The notes: generated from the letters alone by a model not told the origin. 64,000 nucleotides of DNA from Eledone cirrhosa (GCA_964016885.1 OZ024746.1:38936001-39000000), one strand, 5' to 3'. Positions 1-14,559 are shown, counted from the first letter of the stretch. Numbers and translations: made by a program.

Positions 1-547
1 TAGACGGTAGTCACGGAGTAGGCAGACCTAGAAAAACCTGGGACGAGCTGATAAACTCCGACATCACACACTTACACCTCTCCAAGACAATGTCACTGGA
101 CCGAGACCTTTGGCGGTACTCAGTAACAGAGAAGACCCGCCTTACCTAAATATATAGTAAAACCTACTCCAGCCAGTAGGCATCTCTATCAAAATACACC
201 CCGTCCCACCACCACCACCCCCACCCCATCCACACCACCCCGTTCTATGTAAAGTTATGTTGGTACTGCGCCATCCAGGCCGAAACAAATGAGATCGTGT
301 AGGTGTCACGACAAAAAACACACAGTCCACGCTGTAATGTGGCCGTGTAGGCAACACGGTAAAAACCTCCCAGACCCACACTGTAAATGTGGTTGGTGTT
401 AGGAAGGGCATCCAACTGTAGAAAACCTGCCAGACAGTCCTATGCGAGCAAGACAATCACTCTTGCCTCAAGTGGGACTACCCCCGTCCAAACCCATGCA
501 AGCGTGGAACACGGACGTTAAACGTTGATGATGATGATGATGATGAT
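1..547 (+). mobile_element. RTE-clade LINE, 3' end (subfamily A) with (GAT)n tail
   Basis: Encodes DGSHGVGRPRKTWDELINSD...EKTRLT* like the 39046-39825 ORF end; same ~400-bp 3'UTR and GAT tail. Confidence 0.95.
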
Positions 548-624
548 AAGACAAATTTACATATGTGAGTTTATAGTAAACATACATTTCTAGCCATGGA
601 AAGAAATGTAGTTATTGAGGTTAA

Positions 625-1020
625 CCTCTTAACATCATGTCATGATTTAACAGAAAACATCTAAATACAGGTTTTTTAATTCACATGTTTATAATATATC
701 TTTACTAGTAGTCAGATCACTGTTAAAATGTGCAGTAAATGCAGTAAGTCATGCAAAAAATAATGTAGTGTGTGAAGTTATGTATCAAGTCTTAGCATCC
801 TGTAATGATTTAGCAGAAAATATCTAAAGATAAGCTTGTTAGTTCAAATGTCTATAGAATCTTTACTAGTGAACAGATTATTGTGAAAATTAAAGTAAAA
901 TTAAAGTAAAATAAAACTAAAATAAACTCTAAATTGTTAATGTGATGCAGACATCATACTGTTTTGTACTATTCAAGTGTGTCTTGTTACTGAAGCTTCA
1001 CATGTACAGGACATTAAGAG
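625..1020. mobile_element. piggyBac-like MITE (degenerate)
   Basis: TTAA at 621-624 and 1021-1024; imperfect TIR CCTCTTAACATCATGT / ACAGGACATTAAGAG. Confidence 0.5.
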
Positions 1021-2047
1021 TTAAAAAAACATGGGATTTTTGTCTTTGTGTGGTAAAAAAGGGAGATTGACCTGACTAGTTTCAGTAGATTTGATCAGTG
1101 GTACTACTTGCTCATGAAAATAATGTGTAAATGACTGAACATTCCACAGACACATGTATTCTTAATAAAGCTGGACACTGTCTGATCTCTCACAATGCCA
1201 TTGCTATAACAAAAGCACTAAGTTCATCCTCTATGCTGATCTGGGGTCATAACAACAAAAACTCTGAGTCCATCCTGTAAGGTGGTCAGGTTGATGACAT
1301 GACAAAAAACACCCAGTCCACCTTGTTAAGTGGTCATTTCAGTGCAGTGATAAAAAGCACACAGTCCACACTGTAATGTGGTTGGCATTAGGAAGAAATC
1401 CAGCTGTAGAAACCAAGCCAAAATACAGATCCCTATGAACAGAACAAGACATGGTCCCCTGACCTGAATTGTCTCATAATATGACAATATGTGTAACCCA
1501 TCTAATCATGGAAAATGGGCAATAAATGATGATGCTGCTACTGCTAATAATAATGATGATGATGATGATGATGGCTGGCCCTTTAAATTACAGGTCTATC
1601 TGATTGGACTACCCGACAGTTTTCATCTACCCAGTTTCACCCACATGGCATGATTCAGCCTGGGGCTATAGTTAATGATATTTGTCCCAAAATGACAGGA
1701 AGGGGCATAGAACCCAGGACTTAATATTTGCAATACAAACTCCTTTACAGTTCAGCCATGCTGAGTTTTGAACTAAAAACCATCCCACTTCTTTCACTGT
1801 CTGATAAGACATTCCTCACATAGTCACAATGGCATCACAAAGGCTGGCTTCCCATTTGAAAGGAGGGAAATATTTAAAACATGAACAACAGCTAACTCTA
1901 TACAAAATAATATTGCACTATCTACTAGTTATACATACACATACACATACATACATGCACACACACACACACACATATATATAGATAGATAAATACATAT
2001 ATATATACATGCACACATATATACATATATAGATAAATATACTCATA

Positions 2048-2384
2048 AAGGCACATGGCTTAGTGGTTAGAGCATTAGCCTTGCAATCGAAAGGTTGTGA
2101 GTTCAATTCTCAGACCGGGTGATGTGTTGTTTCCTTGAGCAAGACACTTTATTTCACATTGCTCCAGTTTACTCAGCTGTAGAAATGAGATGATAGGGAC
2201 TGGGGGTCCCTATCATTCCACTGCAAAGTGGACGTGGAGGTGCCACGGCAAAAAAGCACCCAGCACTCACTGTAAATGAGGTTGGTGTTAGGAAGGGCAT
2301 CCAGCTGTAGAAATCAAGCCAGAATCAGTTCCCGTCCCACCCTTGCAAGCAGGGAAAAAGCGGACGTAAAATGAAATGATGATG
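2048..2384 (+). mobile_element. tRNA-derived CORE-type SINE with RTE-derived tail
   Basis: A box TGGCTTAGTGG, B box GTTCAATTC, CORE-like CCTTGAGCAAGACACTT...CAGCTGTAGAAATG, tail shared with RTE 3' ends, GAT repeat; 8 near-identical copies in window. Confidence 0.9.
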
Positions 2385-2423
2385 ACTCACACACATACAG
2401 ACATATATACATACATATATAGA

Positions 2424-2595
2424 GTTTCTACTTTTGGCACAAGGCCAGTGATTACCCCAGTGCATCACTGGTACTTTATTTTATCGACCCCGTAAGGATG
2501 AAAGGCAAAGTTAACCTTGGCGGATTTGAACTCAGAACACAAAGAGCCATAACTCTATGCTGCAAATCTCTACCGATACTGCCAAACCACCACCC
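2424..2595 (-). mobile_element. Deu/Nin-type tRNA SINE
   Basis: Reverse complement of family at 44637-44830. Confidence 0.85.
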
Positions 2596-2596
2596 T

Positions 2597-2647
2597 ACAT
2601 ACACAAACATCTACATATATACATGTAGGCATACATACATACATACA

Positions 2648-2678
<31 letters not shown>

Positions 2679-2841
2679 GCACACACGTCTACACATATAC
2701 ATGCATACATATGTACATATACACATGCATACACACACATCAACATACATACATAAATACATAAATGCATACATACATACATACATAAATGCATCCATAC
2801 ATACATAGATACATACATACATACATACATACATACATACA

Positions 2842-2872
<31 letters not shown>

Positions 2873-2892
2873 CCACACATATATATATATAT
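2597..2892. repeat. (TACA)n microsatellite
   Basis: Direct reading. Confidence 0.95.
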
Positions 2893-3260
2893 TCAAAAAC
2901 ACACACTGACATCCATTGACACATATTCACTAACTGAAATACATACATATACAACTGAACATAAAAACATCTAGATACAGAGACAAAGCAATTACCAAGT
3001 GCCTGGTAACTGAGTACGATAATTCACTCATGTGTTGCTAGGGTAACATGGTTATAAGCTTAGGGGTTTAACATAGTAGACAAATCTACAAAAACAATAT
3101 TCTAGCCATGCTAACATATAAAATGAATATAAAAATTTCAAATATATACCTGTGGAGAAAAAAAATCTTGCAATTTACTTTAAGCCTTTTGATGCCAAAC
3201 CACCTGAACCTACCCTTAGTTCTACAATACAAAGCAGTTTGTTTTAAAGTGTCTATAATT

Positions 3261-3325
3261 GTCATCATCATCACCACCATCATCATCATCATCATCATCA
3301 CCACTGTCATCATCGTCATCACCAC

Positions 3326-3359
<34 letters not shown>

Positions 3360-3370
3360 GTCATCACCAC

Positions 3371-3425
<55 letters not shown>

Positions 3426-3431
3426 GCCATA

Positions 3432-3462
<31 letters not shown>

Positions 3463-3562
3463 CCACCATCATTATCTTCATCATCATCCTCATCATCACC
3501 ATCATCATCACCATCATCACCATCATCATCGTCGTCATCATCATCATCCTCATCATCATCAT
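3261..3562. repeat. (CAT)n microsatellite
   Basis: Direct reading; source of poly-M/D/I/S ORFs. Confidence 0.97.
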
Positions 3563-5040
3563 TTAATGCTAGCATGATTTGGACATGTATTTAGCATATC
3601 TGAAGAGACTTTCTGACCCTTTGCTTAACAGAGTTTCTACGACTTCATGCTCTTCATATCGCAACCTCTTTACAGGGTGTATTGAGTGTATTTATCATGT
3701 AAATCACCAACACTAAGGAAGTTGTCATGTATTTGACACGACTAAAGAGTCCTCCAGACTCTTATGTTTGGCAAGTATTCTAAAAGCCTGCCAGCAAATG
3801 TTATATAAGAACCTTTGTTAAGTTATGTTCCAAACATGAGCCTAATTATGAAAAGATAGTTATATTACAAAACTCATCCAAATTCTTGATCATTACATGT
3901 GTGAGGATCTGCTGTAATCAGATAAAATTCAAGTTATCTACTGATGTAAACTGCCATTTTATGTAAAGAAAGAGACCATAGGGTTAAAATCAAAGAGAAA
4001 GAGACCATAGGGTTAAAATCAAAGGTCTGGATTCACTTCCTTTTCATGTTAACTTAGGTAAATGTCTTCTACTGTAGTCTCAGGTTTACCAGTGTTTTGG
4101 GAGTGGGAAATTGGAAGAGCAAAACTGTACAGAAAATTGTTCTATACATACATACATATATGCATACACACATACCTGCATGGTACCATGATAAAATATA
4201 CCCTGTACACCTTGTATGGTAGTTGGCATTAAGAAGAACATCCAGGCATAGAAACAATGTCAAATATGGAACAAATAAGCAAGATGAAGTCTCTCTGACC
4301 TAGTCTCAAACCATGACAACTTCTCCAACCTATGCCAACATGGATAGTGAAGGAAAATTGACGATGACTATGATGGTGATGATATATACATATGTTTCTA
4401 TTTATTTATTTATTTATTCAATTTAAACGTCCGTATAGAGCTAGTAAGCCATGACAGATTCGGGGAAGTATCGAGAACTCCTTAGAGTTAGTAATCAAAA
4501 AGAGCTAGTGAGACAATAAAAAGAAAAGATAAAGAAAAGGAATATATATATATGTATTTATGTATGTAAGTATGTATGTATATATATGTGTATGTATTAT
4601 GTATGTATGCATGCATGTGTGTGTGTGTGTGGGAGAGAGAGAGAGAGACCAGGTCTGTGTATTCTGATGTTAAACTGTGTGTCAAATTACATCTTTTTTG
4701 TGTCAAAATAAATTGAGATAGATGAGATAAGTAAAACCAGACAGAAAATAATTGCTGGGGTCAATATGATTACCTAACACACTTGAAGGTAGTGCTCCAG
4801 CATGGTCGCAGTTGATTGACGAAAATTTAGTAAAAGAATAAAGGAATAAAAGAATGAAATAAAAATAGATACAGAGTCAGCCAAAAGAAAGAATCAGAGC
4901 ATAGACACAAGTGTTAAGAAATATTGTGATATTCACTGATCTAGAAATATAACTTTGTGACAATATTTTGTTAGGTTTTTATGGGTCTTATAGAGAAGAA
5001 TTCACTGATGGTATTGTATTATTATTTTAATATTTTTGTT

Positions 5041-5350
5041 ACAACAACTACTACTTCTACTACTGCTGTTGTTGCTACTACTACTACTACTACTGCTGCT
5101 GCTGTTGTTGCTACTACTACTACTACTGCTGCTGTTGTTGTTGCTGCTACTACTACTGTTGTTGCTGCTACTACTACTGTTGTTGCTGCTACTACTACTG
5201 TTGTTGCTGCTACTACTACTATTGTTGCTGCTACTACTACTACTACCACTGCTGTTACTACTACTACTGTTGCTGCTATTGCTACTACTACTACTACTGC
5301 TGCTCATGCTATTACTACTACTATACTACTACTACTACTACTACTACTAT
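5041..5350. repeat. compound (CTA)/(CTG)/(TTG) trinucleotide repeat
   Basis: Direct reading. Confidence 0.95.
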
Positions 5351-6240
5351 AATTGTTTCTACTTTTGGTACACAAGGCCAGCAATTACCCAGTACATTAC
5401 TGGTACTTTATTTTATCGACTCCATAAGGATGAAAGGCAAAGTTAACCTCGGCGGGATTTGAACTTAGATCGTAAAGGGACATAACTACACTGGAAAGCA
5501 TGTCTGACCCTTTACCAATACTGCCAATTCACCGCCCTACTACTACTATAATGAAGGGTGGATTGGCAGAATTGTTAGAGTATCGGACAAAATGCCATGT
5601 GGTATTTGTTCTGGCTCTTTACACTCTGAATTCAAATACTAAACAGAGTGGTCCCCATCTTTTTATTGATACAATGGAGTTTGTCATCTATGATGTTTTT
5701 TAATATCTATCTTAATATTTTAGTAAGCAGCACTTGAGATAATGTATGTAGTTTTAGAAATATAGATATGTGTGTGCATGAGTGTTGTAAACTATTGCGA
5801 TTGATACAATTGATCCTATAACTTTTAATGTCTTGCACCATATGAAACTGCATTATGGCAGTATCGATAGAGTGTCGGACGCCATGCTTTGTAGCACAGA
5901 GTTACACCCCTTTAAGGTCTGAGTTCAAATCCCACTGAGATTAACTTTGCCTTTCGTCCTTACGGGGTCGATAAAATAAAGTACCAGTAATACACTAAGA
6001 TAATAGCTGGTCTTGTGCCAAAAGTAGAAACAATTATTAAGACACATGGGTGGTGGATTGGAAGTATTGGTAGAGGGTTGGACGCCATTCTTTACAGCAT
6101 AGAGTTACGTCTCTTTACGGATTGAGTTCAAATCCCACCAAGGTTAACTTTGCCTTTCATCCTTACGGGGGTTGATAAAATAAAGTACCAGTAATGTACT
6201 GGGTGATTGCTGGCCTTGTGCCAAAAGTAGAAACAATTGT
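5350..6240. mobile_element. cluster of Deu/Nin-type SINEs (5350-5538 minus; 5857-6039 and 6048-6240 plus)
   Basis: GAGTTCAAATCC B box and TTTGCCTTTCATCCTTACGGGGTCGATAAAATAAAGTACCAG domain. Confidence 0.85.
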
Positions 6241-6281
6241 TAAGATACATTCTTGAAAAAGAACAAAAGAGTACTATAGCT

Positions 6282-6695
6282 CAGTGATTCTCAATGTGAG
6301 CCCTTAGGAACCACAAGAGGGCTTTAGAAATTTGTTAAATGGGCCTGAAATTGTTTTTTGTTTTTTTACCTCTGGTATAAGATTATGAAAACACAAACTG
6401 CTTTTAAAGGCAAATAATTCAGAAATTATTTAAATAAAATTTTCTATGTTTTCTTCTCATAATAAATTATATTTTCAAATTGATTTGAAATATATATATT
6501 TTTTTTTAGTTTTGTTGTGTGGTGTTTAGAAAGAGCAGTGTAGTCATTAGACAGGATTTGTATTTCCTACAACATTTTGCTTTTGTAAATAAAATGTATT
6601 CCCTGTTACATGGAATTTCTATTTGTGCTTATGTGGGCCTGAAATTTTTTGACACTAAAAATTGGCCACAAGGAAGTAAAGGATGGGAAACACGG
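6282..6695. mobile_element. hAT (Charlie-like) non-autonomous element
   Basis: Termini CAGTGATTCTCAA / TGGGAAACACGG; perfect 8-bp TSD CTATAGCT at 6274-6281 and 6696-6703. Confidence 0.85.
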
Positions 6696-6749
6696 CTATA
6701 GCTGCATCACTTTAAAAATTATTTTTTTTATTTTAGCTTACTACAAACC

Positions 6750-8470
6750 TTTTCACCAGCAATTTGAAGGGGAATGGAAAATTGATTAAATCAACTCCAG
6801 TGCATTACTGGTACTTTATTTTATCGACCCCGTAAGGATGAAAGTCAAAGTTAACCTTGGCGGGATTTGAACTCAGAATGGCAAGGGCCGTAACAACAAT
6901 GATAATAATAAATGTAGAATATTGACAGTGCATGCAGTGAGAATGGATGCTATGTTGCAACATGAGCTCTCTTGTAAAAGACCCCCAATCCTGCACTCAA
7001 TGGATCAAATTATATAATGAGAGTTATTGCTTTTGTTGATTGTTCATAAAGTCAGACAACTCCCCACCACCACCACCACTCACTCCATGAGAAGCTGCCT
7101 TCACATGAAAACACTTAGTGTTGTTTACTAATTAAACATTAGAAAATAATGTGAAAATCAATAATGATTTCTACTTTACGCACAAGGCCAGTAATTTTGA
7201 AGGGGGAGGAGGAATGAAAGTTGATTAAATTGACCCTAACACTGGATATTTTATCGACCTTAAAAAGATGAAAGATAAAGTTGACCTCAGAGGAATTTGA
7301 ACTCAGAATATAAATAGCCAGAACAACATGTACCACAATGACAATTTATTTAATGTCCTACTAATTCTGCCATCCCATCACTCTCTGTGAAAACCAATAA
7401 TGATAATAATGATTATTTTAAACATTGACCTTTTAAATTTACATTAAACTTTTAATATATAACTGGTACTATATTTTCTTGGCTCTAGAAGGGTGATAGT
7501 TAAAGTTTGCCACAGTGGGATTTGGACATAGAAAGTTCTATAAAGTGACATAGGAATAATGATTATAATAAGGGTTTCTAATTTAGGTACAAGGCCAGCA
7601 AAAATTTAGGCACAAGGCACAAGGCCAAAAAGAAATTGGCGGTGGGGCAGGGGAATTGATTAAATCTACCTAATTACTTGATTGTTACTATATTTTATTG
7701 ACCCCAGAAGGATAAAAAGTAAAGTTAACCTTGGTAAGATTTGAACTCAGAATGTAAAAAGCCAGAAGAAATAGCACAAAGACTCTCGTTCAAAATTCTA
7801 ACAATTCTGCCAATCTGCTACATTTAATAATAATGGGTTTTTAATTAAGGCACAAGGCCAGCAATTTGGGTGTTGTGGGGAAAGTTGGATTAAATCAACC
7901 TCAGTTTTTGACTGGTATTTTATTTATTGATTCTGGAAGAATGGAAAACAACGTTTACCTGAATTAGATTGGATCACAGAATGTAAAGTGACAATGAAGT
8001 AATGATGATAAAGTTAATATTAAGAATGATATGATGTATTCATGTACAGAGATGCTATAAAATAGCTTATGAAATAAGTAAATACCCTTAAAAATAGAAA
8101 AGGAAGTTTCTTTTACCATCTTTAAGGGTCTTCACTCTATTTTATAAGCTATTTTATAACATCTCTGCACATGAGCACATCATTCTTCATATTAACTTTA
8201 TCTTCTCAGCCCTTTGTAAAAGTCTGAGAGATCAGTAACATATACACAATGATGATAATAATTATAATTTCTATGCGATCATAATTGTTTCTACTTTTGG
8301 CACAAAGCCAGCAATTACCCAGTGCATTACTGGTACTTTATTTTATCGACCCCATAAGGATGAAAGGCAAAGTTAACCTCGGCAGGATTTGAAATCAGAA
8401 TGGCAAGGGCCGTAACTCTATGCGTCAAAGCATGGCGTCCAACCCTCTACCGATACTGCCAATCCACCAT
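6750..8470 (-). mobile_element. several Deu/Nin-type SINE copies of different ages
   Basis: Recurrent GGCACAAGGCCAGCAATT...CTGGTACTTTATTTTATCGACCC...GATTTGAACTCAG at ~6750, 7165, 7575, 7835, 8281. Confidence 0.75.
8007..8203. repeat. old fold-back inverted repeat (~90-bp arms)
   Basis: GATAAAGTTAATAT...CCCTTAAA mirrors TTTAAGGG...ATATTAACTTTATC with mismatches. Confidence 0.8.
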
Positions 8471-9489
8471 CATAATGCTGGCTAAAGATGGGTTGTTGTT
8501 GATAGAGCTTTTGTTATTGTCAATTAAGTTAGAATTTTTTAATACTGTTTTCCTCTGTGATTGTTAATTTGTAACTATCTGTGTTTATAACTGTGTCTGT
8601 TTGTTAAGATATCGTTTTTAACTATCTGTGTTTATAACTGTGTCTGTTTGTTAAGATATCGTTTTGTTATCTAATTAGAGATGTACTAGATTGTGTCAGT
8701 CTTGTGAATTAGTATATATATATATTCATGTGTTTTTTGCTGGAGCTCAATACAGTGGCTGATTAAGTAAAGTTTAAATTTATAACAATGTGTTCCATAT
8801 TCTTTCATTTTAACCTCACGGTTATTGTTCCCTGCTCCTCTCTCTCTTTTTCACTCTCTCTTTCAACATATGTGAGAGAGACATAGCTGAAAGGTTAATA
8901 AATTTGTCTTGTAATCATGAGGTTCAAGGTTTGATTCTTCTGTGTGGTAACTTGAGTAAATATTTTTATCTATGACCGCAGATCAAGCTAAGTTTTATTG
9001 GGGAAATTGTTATAATTAAAGCTATTGTTCATCTCTCTCACACACACTCTCTCACATAACTCACATTGTCTCTCTCACAAACACACACGCCCCTCCCGCT
9101 CACCCATATATCCACACTCTTTCTCTCTCTCTCGCAACATATGTTGTGAGTGTCTCTATACATGTGTGTGTGTCTGTGTATGAACACAGACATATGTATG
9201 TATAGTCCTGTAACTCCTGATTGAGTTGTTAGGGCGCTGTATTGACATACAGTGTTTCTTGGGTATTTTAGGCTTGTTAGAGCCCATCTCTCTCCAGGCC
9301 TGGGTGCAGCAAATTTCTTTCACAGACAAATAGAAAGTGAGAGAGAGGAAATGAGAAAGAGATATAGAGGAAGAAAAAAGTGTGTTATATATATATATAT
9401 ACATACATATATATATATTATATTATATATATATGTGTATATATATATATACATATATATTGTTCTCCACAATCATCCTCCACATTCTG

Positions 9490-9538
<49 letters not shown>

Positions 9539-11207
9539 GAGACTGACGGGTGGATTGCTGAGAGGAAAGGTTGAAACTGAGATTGAGATTAAAGAAAAAG
9601 CTGGTTTGACAACTTACTTGTAAGTAATGAAAGTATATAGAATTTTCCTCGTGAAGCATAACATATAAATATGATAAACTAATAAAGTACAAGAATAATA
9701 AGCACAATGCTAAAAATGTTAATATCTCATTCTCTATATAAAATATGTTTGGGAAAAATATAAAAATATATTTATATTTACAACTAAAAATATGACAAAC
9801 AAATTAAAGCACATTGAAAAAACATGCTGTACTACATGAAACTGCATAAGAAAGACATTTTTGAAAAATACAAATCACTATAGCTGTATTTAAATATTAA
9901 AGCCCATAATTTAGTTTACTGCAAATTTTCACAACATATTTTATCTACAAATAAAAGATGTTATAAACATTTGAATTAACCAACCCATATTTAGATATTT
10001 TCTGCTGAATCATTACAGGATGTTAAGAGTTAATCCAAAATTGTTAGTGTCAGCTAATATATAGTTCTACAAATGGACGAATGAAAATGTATAGCCTAGT
10101 GGCTAAGGTGTTGGGGGGGACCTTGATTCTAAGTCATAGATCCAATCTCCAGACTTAGTGATATGTTGAGTCCTTGAACAAAGCTCTTCTTTTCATGTAG
10201 CTACAATCATCCTCAGCTTGAGAAATAAATACCTGCTGGGATGAACCTTGTGATGGACTAGCATCCTATCCAAAAAAGAGCCCTGTTCTTTCAGTTGCTT
10301 AATCCTCTGATACCAACCAACCTAAAACTGTCTCTCTTCTATGATATAAACTTGCCCATTTTAAAGTGTTCATATTTATATTATGTAAGGAATTTTTAAG
10401 TAATGTTCCAAACAAACTTTCTCAGGAAAAAGTTAGTGATTTTATGAAATTTCTCAAAAGTTTTTATTATTTTCAAAATTAATTGAAACACATTTGCAGT
10501 GTACTTAATAGGAATTTGGTCACAAAAAGATTAATGCCTCATGAAATCAGGATAGGCTCTGACCTCATGTGTCTCTAAAGTCAACACAGGTTTTAATAAG
10601 CCTGAAGGAAAAACTTCAAGTGAATATTTTGCATACTGTAGTATCTCATATATATATAACCCTTTCACTATGATATTTCGAATAAAAGACACACCCTATG
10701 ATTTTGAAAATGATCCAAAGTTTGGAGGGATTTAATAATGAAACTAATTTTCTCATTATTAAATGGATGTTTGAAGCTTAACTTAATAAATGTTCTTACA
10801 TAGAATTAAGACAAAAGATTTCCAGATAAATATAATAAATCTAAAATAAATATCCTTGTATCATAGAACCTTGGATAGTTTCAGGTGGTTTGGTATCAAA
10901 AAGGATAATGTAGTGAGTTGAAAATGTTCTCATCAAATGAGATTATCCAAGCATTTCACTTTTGGGTTTAATTAAAACCTACAAACCACAAACAAGGGAT
11001 ATAACAATAATAAGATTAGTTGATTAATTTTTTAAACAATGTAGACAATGATGTTTGGAAGGGATCTGGGCTTTTTAGGTTAGCTAGGGAAAGCAGTGTG
11101 TATGGTTTGGTCTTATAAGACCTCATCAGTAAATTGTATTTTACTCAGTTGGCAAGACTCTCTCTCTTTCTCCCTCTCTCTTTCTCCCTCTCTCTTTCTT
11201 TCTTTCG

Positions 11208-11279
<72 letters not shown>

Positions 11280-11282
<3 letters not shown>

Positions 11283-12057
11283 GAAAATAAAAGTTATGGA
11301 CGAAAGAGGGTAATATCCATCGTCAGTTGTCTTCTAGGAATCATAGGTATTTCTTCGCGTTAGAGATAAGATACCTCAGCCTAGGGCAAACAATAATTAA
11401 AATAAGTTATTTGGATAAAAAGGGGGGGGGGTGTAAACAGACACGAAGGGTGAAGCAACGTAAAGAGAGGAAAAAGAGGAAAAATATCAAGTCAACAACT
11501 CATTTCGAACATAAGATCTAGCGAGTTTCACGAGAGAAAAGAGACACGTCTTCACTGTAGCCGTGTTAGCAAGAGAAGAGACTGCTTACAGTGGCGGACA
11601 AGGGAGGAAGTGAGCTAGCGGAGAGAGGGTGACTAGCAGAGAGGGTGTGAGTGAAAGTAAGAGGAAGCGAGAAAGAGATAGTTATAGTGGCAGGCAAGCC
11701 AAGAGAAGGTGACTGGCAGAGGGGGAAGGAGAGAGAAGGGGGAGAGAGAGGATAGCAGCAAGGGGAGAGAAAAGAGACGGGTCACAGCGGAGAAGGAAAC
11801 TTATATGAATAAAATGGTGAGCTGTGTGGTTGCAATTAAGTTTCACCCTTCGTGTCTGTTTACATTTTTTTCTCTCTCTCCCCTCTTTTTTTATCCCAAT
11901 AACTTATTTTAGTTATTGTTTGCCCTAGGCTGAGGTATCTTGTCTCTAGCGCGAAGAAATACCTATGATTCCTAGCAGACAACTGACGATGGATATTACC
12001 CTCTTTCACCTGTAACTTTTATTTTCATTATACTTAATTGCAACCACACAGTTCGCC

Positions 12058-12064
<7 letters not shown>
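11280..12064. mobile_element. (TA)n-embedded element with inverted terminal repeats (Penelope-like architecture)
   Basis: 11280-11454 is the reverse complement of 11842-12030; 11803-11841 mirrors 12031-12064; (TA)n both sides. Confidence 0.7.
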
Positions 12065-12145
<81 letters not shown>

Positions 12146-12149
12146 GGTG

Positions 12150-12180
<31 letters not shown>

Positions 12181-12214
12181 GGTATATATATATATATATA
12201 TATGAAAGATATAT

Positions 12215-12671
12215 ATCATCATCATCATCATCATCATCGTTTAACGTCCGTGTTCCACGCTTGCATGGGTTTGGACGGGGGTTTTCCCACTTGAGGCAAG
12301 AGTGATTGTCTTGCTCGCATAGGACTGTCTGGCAGGTTTTCTACAGTTGGATGCCCTTCCTAACACCAACCACATTTACAGTGTGGGTCTGGGAGGTTTT
12401 TACCGTGTTGCCTACACGGCCACATTACAGCGTGGACTGTGTGTTTTTTTGTCGTGACACCTACACGATCTCATTTGTTTCGGCCTGGATAGTGTGGCAC
12501 CAACATAACTTTACATAGAAGGGGGCGGTGTGGATGGGGTGGGGGTGGTGGGACGGGGGTGTATTTTGTTAGAGATGCCTACTGACTGTAGTAGGTTTTA
12601 CTTTGTATTTAGGTAAGGCGGGTCTTCTCTATTACTGAGTACCGCCAAAGGTCTCGGTCCAGTGACATTGA
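12215..12671 (-). mobile_element. RTE subfamily A 3' end, 5'-truncated
   Basis: Reverse complement of 88-547; (CAT)n tail. Confidence 0.93.
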
Positions 12672-12677
12672 CATTTA

Positions 12678-12708
<31 letters not shown>

Positions 12709-12729
12709 GAAAGGTATATATATATATAT

Positions 12730-12929
12730 AGTTTTAATATAGATGAGATTCTACAGGACTAGAACTGTTTCATTCTTTAGAAATCATCATGATTTCTAAA
12801 GAATGATGATTTCTAAAGAATGAAACAGTTCTAGTCCTGTAGAATCTCATCTATATTAAAACTTTTATACTCTGCAATGTATTGAGTACCTTACTTACTG
12901 TGGTTACCTCCGATTCAACCCGGAATAAC

Positions 12930-12933
<4 letters not shown>
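12730..12933 (+). mobile_element. fold-back Penelope-like terminal repeat with HHR core (family H1)
   Basis: Palindrome 12730-12863 containing TGATGA-TTTCTAAAGAAT-GAAA-CAG..CTG-TA in both arms plus 70-bp tail; homologous to 36470-36660. Confidence 0.8.
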
Positions 12934-12985
<52 letters not shown>

Positions 12986-13014
12986 ATATGCATAAATGTA
13001 TAAAATAGATATAT

Positions 13015-13345
13015 GTAGGAGGCACTCCGTCGGTTACGACGACGAGTGTTCCAATTGATCCGATCAACAGAACAGCCTCCTCATGAAATTAACGTGCAAG
13101 TGGCTGAGCATTCCACAGACATGTGTATTCTTAACTCTTAACGTAGTTCTCTGAGAGATTCACCGTGACACTGAACATGACAGGGCTGGCCCTTCAAATT
13201 ACAAGTACAACTAATTTTTGCCAGCTGAGTGGACTGGAACAACATGAAATAAAGAGCCTTGCTCAAGGACATAACATGCCACCTGGAATCAAACTTACGA
13301 CCTTCTGGCTGTGAGCCAAATATCTTAACCACAAAGCCATGCACC
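13015..13345 (-). mobile_element. CORE-type SINE variant with a different 3' tail
   Basis: Minus strand TGGCTTTGTGGTT...CCTTGAGCAAGGCTCTTTATTTCATG...CTCAGCTG; tail unrelated to RTE subfamilies A-C. Confidence 0.7.
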
Positions 13346-13379
13346 TTCACTGACACACACATATATATATATATATATG

Positions 13380-13438
<59 letters not shown>

Positions 13439-13892
13439 AAGGGTGGGAAATAAATAAATGGGATGTAGTGGCTGGTCATATTACCAAGTTTTGTTCTCAG
13501 ATTATCATTTCCTTGCTTCTTTAGTAAGAAATACCTGTTAACTATTGAGAGTTAACCGTATAGGTCAGCCACAGGCCAACCACATGGGTCCACAACAAAG
13601 TTGGACTACAAGTTTTCAGAGAATGGAAGGGTATAGCCATATATGGCACATCAGTCTAGATCAAGCAGATCTTTGATCAAAGGTATTCTAACTTTGTTTG
13701 TTCTGAATATAGTGTATCTAGGACTATATTATCTAAATAGCCTTCCTTTATTGGGACAATATGATGGTATTTGAGAGAGATTTAGCTTATATTTATAACA
13801 GGTCATGTAGAAACTCTGTCATTGGTTCATATTTTATTACTGTTGTAGTTTTTGTTGTCATTCATTTTCTTTTAATATTTTCTTTTAATATA

Positions 13893-14229
13893 GAGGCACA
13901 TGGCTTAGTGGTTAGAGCATTGGCCTTGCAATCGAAAGGTTGTGAGTTCAATTCTCAGACCGGGTGATGTGTTGTTTCCTTGAGCAAGACACTTTATTTC
14001 ACATTGCTCCAGTTTACTCAGCTGTAGAAATGAGATGATAGGGACTGGGGTCCCTATCATTCCACTGTAAAGTGGTCATGTAGGTGCCATGGCAAAAAAG
14101 CACCCAGCACTCACTGTAAATGAGGTTGGTGTTAGGAAGGGCATCCAGCTGTAGAAATCAAGCCAGAATCAGTTCCCGTCCCACCCTTGCAAGCAGGGAA
14201 AAGTGGACGTAAAATGAAATGATGATGAT
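13893..14229 (+). mobile_element. CORE-type SINE
   Basis: Near-identical to 2048-2384. Confidence 0.92.
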
Positions 14230-14559
14230 TCATCGAGCTATTTTTTTCTGAATTGCTAGGATTATCTCTGGTTTCTATAGTGTTAAATAAATGGGGAGTG
14301 AATCACTCAGGATGGGTTGCTGGTCTAACACAAGTATCTTCCTCTACTTTATAGGAAGAAAGAAACATTAAAATCAGTACTATAAACTAAAGCAACACTA
14401 ATCATTCCTGTGGGCATTTGTTGTGTAGTCACTTTTCTAAACTGATCAAGTTGATCTAAGATTAAAAGCATTCAATCCATGATGATTCTGGCTCTTATGA
14501 TGCTTTTCTTTCTTTTTTATGTGGAGCAAAAGATGCCTAGTCTTCATTCAGACATCTCT

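Noticed and set aside
2048-2120. tRNA-like A and B boxes here and in all SINE heads
   Set aside because: No complete cloverleaf; always followed by SINE body and tail
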